Origin: Elusimicrobiota bacterium
Lineage (GTDB): Bacteria; Elusimicrobiota; Elusimicrobia; UBA1565; UBA9628
Direction: 5' to 3'
Length of the DNA: 64,000 nucleotides
Assembly: GCA_016209035.1 (NCBI GenBank)
Contig: JACQWX010000035.1
Location: forward strand, 45,565 to 109,564
The notes beneath the pieces are model-generated. The model saw nothing but the letters and a program-made list of their open reading frames with translations. It had not been told where the DNA came from and made no database searches. The position numbers and the translations under genes were made by a program. This document shows positions 11,555 to 19,608 of the stretch, in pieces; position 1 is the stretch's first letter; each line of letters opens with the position of its first letter.

Positions 11555-12781
11555 TTAGGCCCCAGTTCCCCGGAAAGCAAGGATGGCGGCGGCGACGCGG
11601 TCCACCAGATGCCTGAACCCCGAGAACCCCAGATAGGGCCGCTCAAGCACCGGATGGTCGGCATAGTCGGGGTAGCCCACCGGGACATGGATGGAGCCGC
11701 CGTCCGACGAGAGGGTCGAGCCGAAAAGCACCGGGGCGCGGTCGTCATCCGCTCCATCGTCGCCCCGCGACGAGGGCTCCTCTACGGCAAGGCCCAGCTC
11801 GCGGCATAAGTCGGCGAGCGCCTCCTCGAGATGCGGATCGTCCACTTCGATGACGGCCCGCCGGCCGCTGATCACCCTCTGTATGTGGGCCTGGACGGCC
11901 CGGGCCGCGGCGCGCGCCTCCTGGTCCACGAACCGGCGGCTGGCGGCCTCCTGGCCGAGGGCCCGGCCCAGCGACTCCATGAAGCGCTTGGTGCGCTTGA
12001 GGCCCAGCGGCAGGTCGAGCTCCACCAGCCGGACGCGGTTGCGCCGGGCCAGGGCGCGGGCCGCCCGCCTGCCGTAAGGCAGCGACACGATGACCGAGGC
12101 CCGCGCGACCTCTTGGAGCTCTTCCAAGCCCCGCCCGGAGAGCCAGACCGAAGCGACGCGCCACCCGAGGGCGCTGAAGAGCCGACGGAGCTCGCTGAGA
12201 TTGCCGGCATGGTCCGGCTCGTCGCGGTCGAAGAGGTAGCCGACCACCGCCGCAGTGCGGGGTCTGCGCCTTCGGCCCAGGGGCTGTCGACCCGGCGACC
12301 CGCGGCCCGGCAAGGGGATGCCTTGGGCCAGGGTCTCGCAGAACCGGGCGTAGCCGTCCAGCCAGGTGCCGCCCAGCGAGGCCGACGGGATGTGGAGCAC
12401 GGGCCGGCGGCCCAGGGCTGAGAACCTCCGGGCGATGTCCTTGAGCGGGAAATTGAGAAGCTCGTGGAAGTCGAACGAGGTCGTGAACACCGCGTCGGCG
12501 TCAGGGTAGCCGCAGACCCGCTCGAAAAGCCGCTCTATGGGGCGCAGGCGGTCGGTGGAGAGCCCGACGACCTCCTCCATCACGGCGGACTGCGCCGTAT
12601 GCAGTACGCGCGACCGGCCGAGCGGCCTGATGAGCTCGGACTTCAGGTTGTGGCAGTGCTGCATCTCCGCCTTGGTGGCCACGCAATAGGGCCCGTCGAC
12701 GATCAGGTAGGCGTTGGGGACGGCGTCGACCGCGACGAAGACCCCATTGAGGAAAGGGAGCATCTGGCAGCGGTCTTTCAT
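11555..12781 (-). CDS. Nitrogenase component-1 fold (NifDK/BchNB-like) oxidoreductase paralogue
   Basis: PFLNGVFVAVDAVPNAYLIVDGPYC, SLGGTWLDGY, GNLSELRRLFSALG, LPLGLKRT and PYLGFSG match the Oxidored_nitro architecture. The ATG overlaps the upstream stop. Confidence 0.75.
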   Translation of the reverse strand: MKDRCQMLPFLNGVFVAVDAVPNAYLIVDGPYCVATKAEMQHCHNLKSELIRPLGRSRVLHTAQSAVMEEVVGLSTDRLRPIERLFERVCGYPDADAVFTTSFDFHELLNFPLKDIARRFSALGRRPVLHIPSASLGGTWLDGYARFCETLAQGIPLPGRGSPGRQPLGRRRRPRTAAVVGYLFDRDEPDHAGNLSELRRLFSALGWRVASVWLSGRGLEELQEVARASVIVSLPYGRRAARALARRNRVRLVELDLPLGLKRTKRFMESLGRALGQEAASRRFVDQEARAAARAVQAHIQRVISGRRAVIEVDDPHLEEALADLCRELGLAVEEPSSRGDDGADDDRAPVLFGSTLSSDGGSIHVPVGYPDYADHPVLERPYLGFSGFRHLVDRVAAAILAFRGTGA

Positions 12782-14439
12782 GGCGCCAGGTGCCTCCGGT
12801 GTCGCGGGAAGGGCCTGGTCTCGCAGCGGCGCAGAAGCCTTCGGGCCGTCCTGATGAAGCCCTCCACCCCGAGCTCGAAGGCGTTCTCGCAGAAGCCCGC
12901 GATGCCGTGCCTGGCCAGGCGCGGGTCGAAGTTGAGATGCGTGAAAGCGAGGTCGACCCCGCCGGCGAGGAGCCCGTCGAGCTCGCCCGCGGTCTTGAAG
13001 GGCACGAACTCGACGCCCGCGGACAGGGACGCGGCAGGCCCCCGCCGCCACCCCTCCGCGGACCCGGCGTCGCAGACGAGGCAGCGCACCCTAAACCCCA
13101 TCTCGGCCAGCACGGACCCCACCGAGAAGCCCATGGGCCGGCCTCTGAGGACCATGGCCTCGAGGTCGGCGCGGTCGCCGACCAGGGCGACGGTGCGCTT
13201 GCTTGCTGCCTTGCGGAGCGCCAAGAGGCTTTCGAGACCGGCATGGGAGGCAGCGGCATGCCCGATGGGACGCGGGTCGAGCCCCAGCACCGCGGCTACC
13301 CTGGCCAGCCAAGCCTTCGTGCCCTCGATGCCGAAAGGAGGATGATAGCGCACCACGGAGAGGCCGTTGCGGATGAAGTGTTCGTCGCCGATCTTCTCCC
13401 AGCCGACCGGGTCCCCCCAGACCACGGCGCCGGCCGAGCCCACGCCCGGCATGGCCCGGATGTCGAGGTCCGGGAACATGGAGCCGGCGACCCGCAGGCC
13501 CAGGCTGCCCAGGAGCCGGCCCAGCTCGCCGCGGGCCGCCAAAGGCGCTCCCGCGAGGATGACGGCCTTGGGATCGCGAAGGCTTGAGAACCTGATCCTG
13601 CGCAGGATCCAGTCGATGACGTCATTGAAGGAGGAGCCCGAATCCCTGGTCTTGGAAGTCCAGACCACGCGCACGCGGGATCCCTTCTCGAGCCGCTTGA
13701 TGATGGGGCGGGGGTCGTCTCCCACGATCTCCGGAAGACAGGTGGTCATCAAGTGGATGAAGGCCGGCCTGCCGCGGGAGGCGGCCTCCCTCATCTTGGA
13801 GGCCAGCGCCTCGAGGGTCCTCCCTTGCGCGACCTCGCGCTCGCCCAGGTCCGTATCGTGGTACAGGATGTCGCGCCGGGAAGGGGGATAGCGGTCGTCC
13901 GCGAAGAGGCGCAGCGACGCGACGCTGGCCTGGACGCTGTTGAACCGGCACTCGCGCGACGCGTGCGAGACGACGGCGACCCCTTTCCCGAGGACCACCG
14001 CCTCCTCCAGGAACGGCTTCCTCGGGAAGAAGAACTTCCACCAATCCGCCGTATGGTCGGCCGTCCGATGGAACCGGTCGAGGCGGGAAGGCGGCTGGGG
14101 CCCCTGCGGGTCCGAGTAGAGGAGACCGTCCGCCTTGAGCCGGCGCAGCAGCTTGTCGAACGGGACCGCGCCCAGCACCGACGACAATGCCTGGCCATGG
14201 GAGGGGGCGCGGACTTGCCGGCCGGAGGCGGCGTCGCATGGCCGCAGCTCGCCCCCGCCCGACCCACGACGCACGAGCTCGTAGCTCAGGCGCTCCGAAG
14301 CGCGCGCCAACGAGAACTCGACGCCGCGGTCGCTGAAGCGGAGGGACTCGACGCTCCAGCCGGGCAGGGCTCGCCGCGCCAGAGTCCGGAAGAACTCCAG
14401 CCCGGCCTTCCCGGGCTTGTGCCGAACGACTCCCCGCAT
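12778..14439 (-). CDS. Nitrogenase component-1 fold paralogue with N-terminal extension
   Basis: HASRECRF, DTDLGEREVAQG, LMTTCLPEIVGDD (TCxxEhhGDD motif) and PPFGIEGTKAWL. Confidence 0.72.
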   Translation of the reverse strand: MRGVVRHKPGKAGLEFFRTLARRALPGWSVESLRFSDRGVEFSLARASERLSYELVRRGSGGGELRPCDAASGRQVRAPSHGQALSSVLGAVPFDKLLRRLKADGLLYSDPQGPQPPSRLDRFHRTADHTADWWKFFFPRKPFLEEAVVLGKGVAVVSHASRECRFNSVQASVASLRLFADDRYPPSRRDILYHDTDLGEREVAQGRTLEALASKMREAASRGRPAFIHLMTTCLPEIVGDDPRPIIKRLEKGSRVRVVWTSKTRDSGSSFNDVIDWILRRIRFSSLRDPKAVILAGAPLAARGELGRLLGSLGLRVAGSMFPDLDIRAMPGVGSAGAVVWGDPVGWEKIGDEHFIRNGLSVVRYHPPFGIEGTKAWLARVAAVLGLDPRPIGHAAASHAGLESLLALRKAASKRTVALVGDRADLEAMVLRGRPMGFSVGSVLAEMGFRVRCLVCDAGSAEGWRRGPAASLSAGVEFVPFKTAGELDGLLAGGVDLAFTHLNFDPRLARHGIAGFCENAFELGVEGFIRTARRLLRRCETRPFPRHRRHLAP

Positions 14440-14448
14440 ACCCGCCGG

Positions 14449-15780
14449 TCAGAGCAGCTCTGAGGCCAGAGCGGCCAGGCCCGAGCGCTCGATCTTGTCG
14501 AACTTGACGGAGCCCGCGACCTTCTGGCCCTTGAAGCGTTCCACGAGGTTGGACAGCCCGTTGGAGGCGGCGTCGAGGTAAGGGTTGTCGATCTGGTAGG
14601 GGTCGCCGGTCAAGACGACCTTGGTCCCCTCGCCCGCGCGCGAGATGATGGTCTTGACCTCGTGCGGGGTGAGGTTCTGCGCGTCGTCGATGATGATGTA
14701 CATGCGCGGCAGGCTCCTGCCGCGGAGGTACGAGACCGCCTCCACCTCGATCTTGTCCGACTCGAAGATGTCGGCCGCGTCGGTCAGCACCTCGTCCTGG
14801 GTCACCTGGCCGGAGGTGTCGCAGAGGAACTCGATGTTGTCCTTGACCGCGCCCATCCAGGTCGAAAGCTTCTCCTCCTTGGTCCCGGGCAGGAAGCCGA
14901 TGTCGCGGCCCACGGGCACGACGGGCCTCGAGATGAGGAGCCTTCGGTAGAGCCGGGACTCGAAGACCTGCTCCAAGCCCGCGGCCAAGGCGAGCAGGGT
15001 CTTGCCCGAGCCGGGCACGCCGATGAGCGTGACCAGGCTGACGTCCTTGTCCATGAGCAGGTCCAGCGCGAAGCGCTGCTGGACGTTCAGGGGCTTGATG
15101 CCCCACGGCTTGTGCTGGGCCGTGAGGGGCGCGAGCCCCTGTCCGGCCTTGAAGCGCGCCAGGCCGCTCGTGGAAGGATTCTCCGCCGACTTCAAGATCA
15201 CGAACTCGTTCGCCCGCAGGTCCGGGAAGGCGTCCTCGCCGAGCCGGTGGTCCTTGAAGAGCTTGTCGATCTCGGCCTGTCCGACCACGGCCTCCCTCCA
15301 GCCCTTGTAGAGGCCCTGGATGGGGGCCTTCTCGCGCTCGTAGTCCTGGGTCTCTATGCCCAGGATCTCGGCCTTGATCCTGAGGTTCATGTCCTTCGAG
15401 ATGAAGACCACGCTCTCGCCCTTCTCCTTGAGGAAGAGCGCGGTCGCGAGGATCTCGTTGTCCTTCTTGACCGAGGTCCCCTCGAACTGGGGCGGGAGCT
15501 TCTCGGCCCTGCGGTACTCGATCACGAGGGTCCCGCCGTGGTCCAGGGTCACGCCCTGCGAGAGCTTCCCCCGAGAGCGCAGGCGGTCCAGCTGGCGCGA
15601 GGCCTGCCGGACGGAATAGCCCCGGTCGTCGTTGAGGCGCTTGAATTGGTCGAGCTCCTCGATGACGGAGAGCGGCAGGACGACTTTCGATCGCTCGAAC
15701 CGGGCCAGCGACTCCGGGTCGTGGATGAGCACGTTGGTGTCCAGGACGAAGGTCCTGGCGACGCGCTGAGCCGGGTTCAT
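14449..15780 (-). CDS. PIN-domain PhoH family ATPase (PhoH2/YlaK type)
   Basis: FVLDTNVLIHDP PIN domain; Walker A GVPGSGKT; GFLPG, YLRGRS, IIDDAQNLT and TGDPYQIDNPY. Confidence 0.92.
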   Translation of the reverse strand: MNPAQRVARTFVLDTNVLIHDPESLARFERSKVVLPLSVIEELDQFKRLNDDRGYSVRQASRQLDRLRSRGKLSQGVTLDHGGTLVIEYRRAEKLPPQFEGTSVKKDNEILATALFLKEKGESVVFISKDMNLRIKAEILGIETQDYEREKAPIQGLYKGWREAVVGQAEIDKLFKDHRLGEDAFPDLRANEFVILKSAENPSTSGLARFKAGQGLAPLTAQHKPWGIKPLNVQQRFALDLLMDKDVSLVTLIGVPGSGKTLLALAAGLEQVFESRLYRRLLISRPVVPVGRDIGFLPGTKEEKLSTWMGAVKDNIEFLCDTSGQVTQDEVLTDAADIFESDKIEVEAVSYLRGRSLPRMYIIIDDAQNLTPHEVKTIISRAGEGTKVVLTGDPYQIDNPYLDAASNGLSNLVERFKGQKVAGSVKFDKIERSGLAALASELL

Positions 15781-17009
15781 GGGGTCGAGCTGAGCAGCGT
15801 CAGCGCGAACACCTTGGCGTCCCCGATGAGGAAGTCCAGCGTGCAGCGCTCGTTGGGCTGGTGCGCGGTCTCGTCGATCTTGGAGTAGACGACGGCCGGA
15901 AGCCCGAGCCTGCGCAGGAAGGCCGCCACGGTGCCGCCGCCGATGCCCCGCGGCTTGGGACGGATGCCGTGGACCTCCTTGATGGAGTCTACGAGCTTGC
16001 GGACGATCTCGGCGCCGGGGTCGGTGGGAGGCGCGGCCTCCCCCTTCTGCAGGTCCTCGAAGGAGATCTTGACCTTGTGCTTGCGCTCGACCGCCGTCGC
16101 CAGGCGGCGCAGCTCCTTGGCCACCTCGGCCAGCTTGTAGGCAGGCAGCACGCGCGAGTCGAGGTAGAAGACGTCCTCTCCCGGGATGGTGTTGACGTTG
16201 GGGACGTTGGGCTCCTTCTTGGTCGGCTCGAAGGTGGAGTAAGGAGGCTGGTAGAGGGAGTCCTTCTTGGAGAACTTCCTGTAGAGGCCGCCCATCGCGG
16301 TCACCAGCTCGCTCGCGGCGCGAAAGGCGTTGCGGCCGGCCGACGGCATGGAGGCGTGGCACTGGGCGCCGTGCGTCGTCACCTTCTGCCACCAGATGGA
16401 TTTCTCCGCGACCTCGACGAGCGAACCCTCCTTGTTGCCCCCGTCCGGCACCAGGAACATGTCCTTGGCGCCGAAGAGCCCGCGGTGCTTGCGCGTGAGC
16501 CAGTCCGCGCCGCAGCCCGAGCCCACTTCCTCGTCCGCCACGAAGAGGAGCGCCAAGTCGATGGGGGGCCTTGCGCCCGCGTCCATGAAGGAGCGCGCCA
16601 CCAGGATGCTCGCCGCCACGGCCTGCTGGTTGTCCTCCACGCCCCTGCCGTAGAGCTTGCCCCCCTCCACGTGGAGGGTGTAGGGGTCGGTCTTCCAGAG
16701 CTTGCGCTCGCCAGGCGGCACGATGTCGAGGTGCGACATGAGCCAGAGGGTCTTCGTCGAGCTCTGCCCCTTGTACCGGGCCACGATGTTGGGCCGGACC
16801 CCGTTCTTGGCCTTGGGGTCGGGCGCGTCGTAGCGCTGGACCGAGTCGAACTTGAGCTTGGCCAGTTCGGCCTGGAGCCAGACGGCCTTGTCGTACTCCC
16901 CCTCACCGCCGCTCGACGGAGCGATGGCCGGGATGGCGGTCAAGCCCCTCTCGAGCTCGACGGCGTAGTCGCGATAGGATTCGATGTTCCGAAGGATGGT
17001 GGATTTCAT
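15777..17009 (-). CDS. M20 family metallo-hydrolase (DapE/ArgE-like)
   Basis: SHLDIVPPG, LYGRGVEDN, ADEEVGS, AEKS, GGGT and AHQPNE. Confidence 0.9.
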   Translation of the reverse strand: MKSTILRNIESYRDYAVELERGLTAIPAIAPSSGGEGEYDKAVWLQAELAKLKFDSVQRYDAPDPKAKNGVRPNIVARYKGQSSTKTLWLMSHLDIVPPGERKLWKTDPYTLHVEGGKLYGRGVEDNQQAVAASILVARSFMDAGARPPIDLALLFVADEEVGSGCGADWLTRKHRGLFGAKDMFLVPDGGNKEGSLVEVAEKSIWWQKVTTHGAQCHASMPSAGRNAFRAASELVTAMGGLYRKFSKKDSLYQPPYSTFEPTKKEPNVPNVNTIPGEDVFYLDSRVLPAYKLAEVAKELRRLATAVERKHKVKISFEDLQKGEAAPPTDPGAEIVRKLVDSIKEVHGIRPKPRGIGGGTVAAFLRRLGLPAVVYSKIDETAHQPNERCTLDFLIGDAKVFALTLLSSTP

Positions 17010-18334
17010 GGGTCTCTCCTAGTCGGTCCGGATTCCAGGCTCTCGAGGGCCGAGCGCAGGCGCGGCAGCATCCTGGCGATGGCGGCCGGCGAGACCGCGC
17101 CCACGGAGAGGCGGAACCAACCCGTGTCGTCGGGAACGCCGAAGGCCTGGAACGGCACGGCGGCCAGGCCCGCCTCGCGCAGGAGGAAGAGCCGGATCTC
17201 CTCGTTGGACCGCAGGCTCGTCTTGTCCGGCGTCCTGCGGCCGATGAGGTCCAGGCGCACGGCCAGATAGATCGCGCCCGCGGGGCAGAGCGCCTCCACT
17301 GGGTGCCCCGCGGACTTCAACCGGACGAAACCCTCGTAAAGGGCGTCGAGGCGGCCGGACACGCCGGCCGTCATCTCCCGGCGATATGCGGCCACGCCCG
17401 CCTCGTCGGCGAGGAGCGCCGCGGTCGCGACCTGCTCGGGCCGCGGGGCCCAGGCCCCGACGTGGCCGAGCATCTGTGACATGCGGTTGATGAGGTCGGG
17501 CGGGCCCGCCGCCCATCCCACGCGCAGGCCCGTGGCCGCGAAGGGCTTGGATATGCCGTCCACGAAGATGGTGAAGGGCGCCATGGCGGGCCGAAGGCCC
17601 ACGGGTTCCACGTGACGCGTCGACCCGAAGGTCAGCATCCAGTAGACCTGGTCGTAGAGCACGAAGAGGGGGCGCTCGTCCCGGCCGCGCCGGGCGTTCT
17701 CCTCGAGGACGAGGTCGCATATCTCCCCCAGCGCCTCGGGGGCGAAGGCCGTCCCGGAGGGGTTGAGCGGCGAGTTCAGCGCCAGCAGGCGCGCGCCCCG
17801 CAAGGGCCCGGCCAGGCCGCGGGCTGACGGCAGGAAGCCCTCCTCCGGGCCGCAGGGCACGGCCACGCCCCGGGCGCCGGCCAGGTGGCAGTAGTGGTTG
17901 CTGTTCCACGAGGGGACCGGGTAGACCACCGTGTCCCCTGGGTCGAGCACTGCGCGGTAGGCCCCGTAGATGGCCGGCCGGGCGCCGCCGGTGATGAGTA
18001 TCCCCTGGACGGGGAAGCGCAAGCCCAGGGTCCGGGCGTAGAAGTCCGCCACGGCCTGCCTCAGCCCTGGCATCCCGTCCGAGGGCGGGTAGTTGGTCTC
18101 CCCGCGGGCGAGAGCGTCGCCGATGGCCTTCTCCAGTATCTTCGGCACGCGGAACTCCGAGGGGCCGAAGTCGCCCACCGTGAGGTTGCAGACATCCTTG
18201 CCGCCGGCGCTCAAGGCGCGGATCTCGGAGGCGATCCTGAGGATCTCGGAGCCGACGACGCCGGCCGCGATGGCGCCGGCGCGCCGCCCGGACGCGGCGT
18301 CGATCCCGGTGGAATCCACGTCGATGGGGCTCAC
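17006..18334 (-). CDS. PLP-dependent aminotransferase class I/II
   Basis: NSPLNPSG, DQVY, DGISKPFAATGLRVGW (PLP lysine) and WFRLS. Confidence 0.92.
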   Translation of the reverse strand: MSPIDVDSTGIDAASGRRAGAIAAGVVGSEILRIASEIRALSAGGKDVCNLTVGDFGPSEFRVPKILEKAIGDALARGETNYPPSDGMPGLRQAVADFYARTLGLRFPVQGILITGGARPAIYGAYRAVLDPGDTVVYPVPSWNSNHYCHLAGARGVAVPCGPEEGFLPSARGLAGPLRGARLLALNSPLNPSGTAFAPEALGEICDLVLEENARRGRDERPLFVLYDQVYWMLTFGSTRHVEPVGLRPAMAPFTIFVDGISKPFAATGLRVGWAAGPPDLINRMSQMLGHVGAWAPRPEQVATAALLADEAGVAAYRREMTAGVSGRLDALYEGFVRLKSAGHPVEALCPAGAIYLAVRLDLIGRRTPDKTSLRSNEEIRLFLLREAGLAAVPFQAFGVPDDTGWFRLSVGAVSPAAIARMLPRLRSALESLESGPTRRDP

Positions 18335-18446
18335 AGCGGCTCGGCCCAGGAACGTCTTTTCGTGTCGGCCATGGCTGTTGCCCGCGGGCAGCCGTTATCA
18401 TACTGAAATGGGAGCATCCTGTCACGAGCGGACGACGGATCGCCCG

Positions 18447-19493
18447 CTACCGGGCTCTCGGCTTCTTGGGGCGGGTCTTCAGGCCGGCTGACTCGGCCCA
18501 AGCCTCGAACTCGGCCTTGAGGCGGGCGTAGTTGGTCTCGGCGCTGGAGGCCGTCACCTCGGGCGCGAGGACCTTGCCCGCCGAACGGAACATGGCCGCG
18601 GCCGGCACGGTGTCTTCCCTGTAGATGCGCATCCTTTCCTGGAAGGCCTCGGCCGTGTCGTCGGGCCTGCCGCGGGCCAGGATGCGGCGCAGGAGCTCGG
18701 GCTCGGACACGTCGAGCGCGATCACCGCGTCGACCACTTCCGGCCCCAGCATGGCTTTCAAGGCCCGGGCCTCGACCACGCGCCTAGGGAAGCCGTCCAG
18801 GATGAAGCCGCGCTCCTTGACGTCAGGCTGCGCCAGGCGCTCCCTGACCACTGCCAGGACGAGGCCGGTGTCCACGAGCCTGCCCTGAGCCATCAGGGCC
18901 GCCACCTCCGGATGCGTGCGGGCATGGGCCCGCAGGAGCTCTCCCACCGAGATGTGCGGGACGCCGTAGTCCTTGCTCAGGAGCTTGGAATAGGTGCCCT
19001 TGCCCGAGCCCGGAGGCCCGGTGATGATGAGCCGGACCGGCCGGGAGAAGACCCGGGACCCAAGGGTCTGGACCTGGACCGGCGCCTGCGGGGCAGCTGC
19101 TGGAAAGGCGGCCGTCTCCGGGACCTGGACCACGGGCGCTTCGGCCTTGCCGTCGAATACCTTGGCCGAGAGCTCGGAGACCTTCTCCGGCGAAAGCCTC
19201 TCCTGCGATCCCGGCTGGAGGACTGATTCGGAGATCTTGGCCGAGTTCAAGGCCGGCGCCGCGGCCGGCGTCTGGACCTCCGGCAGGGCCGGGACCATCG
19301 CGGACGGCACGGCGCCCACGGTGACGGACGGGAACGGCGAGCCGAAGACCGGGTTGATGCTCGTCCGCCAGGCCTGCGGCAGGATCATGGGCGCGGTCGA
19401 GGATGGCGTCCGGACCTTGACAGGGACGGCTTGGAAGCCGCCCGCCAGGCAGATGCCGGGAAGCAGGAATAGGAGTCCAAAAGAACGCGACAT
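18447..19493 (-). CDS. Adenylate-kinase-family NMP kinase with N-terminal signal peptide and Pro/Ala-rich linker
   Basis: GPPGSGKGT, HISVGELLR, GFILDGFPR and a short lid (RGRPDD). N-terminus MSRSFGLLFLLPGICLA is signal-like. Confidence 0.8.
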   Translation of the reverse strand: MSRSFGLLFLLPGICLAGGFQAVPVKVRTPSSTAPMILPQAWRTSINPVFGSPFPSVTVGAVPSAMVPALPEVQTPAAAPALNSAKISESVLQPGSQERLSPEKVSELSAKVFDGKAEAPVVQVPETAAFPAAAPQAPVQVQTLGSRVFSRPVRLIITGPPGSGKGTYSKLLSKDYGVPHISVGELLRAHARTHPEVAALMAQGRLVDTGLVLAVVRERLAQPDVKERGFILDGFPRRVVEARALKAMLGPEVVDAVIALDVSEPELLRRILARGRPDDTAEAFQERMRIYREDTVPAAAMFRSAGKVLAPEVTASSAETNYARLKAEFEAWAESAGLKTRPKKPRAR

Positions 19494-19608
19494 GAGCGCG
19501 ACCGGTCTCACGGGGAAAAGTATAGCCGCCTCCTGCAAAATTGCGAGGGACGATGGGGCAGGCTCTCAGGGGACGATGGGCCTACCCAGGATTGCCCGGA
19601 ATGCCCAG

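Noticed and set aside
11555-14439. Nitrogen fixation genes nifDK
   Set aside because: P-cluster and FeMoco ligand sets are incomplete, and there is no nifH/E/N/B in the window.
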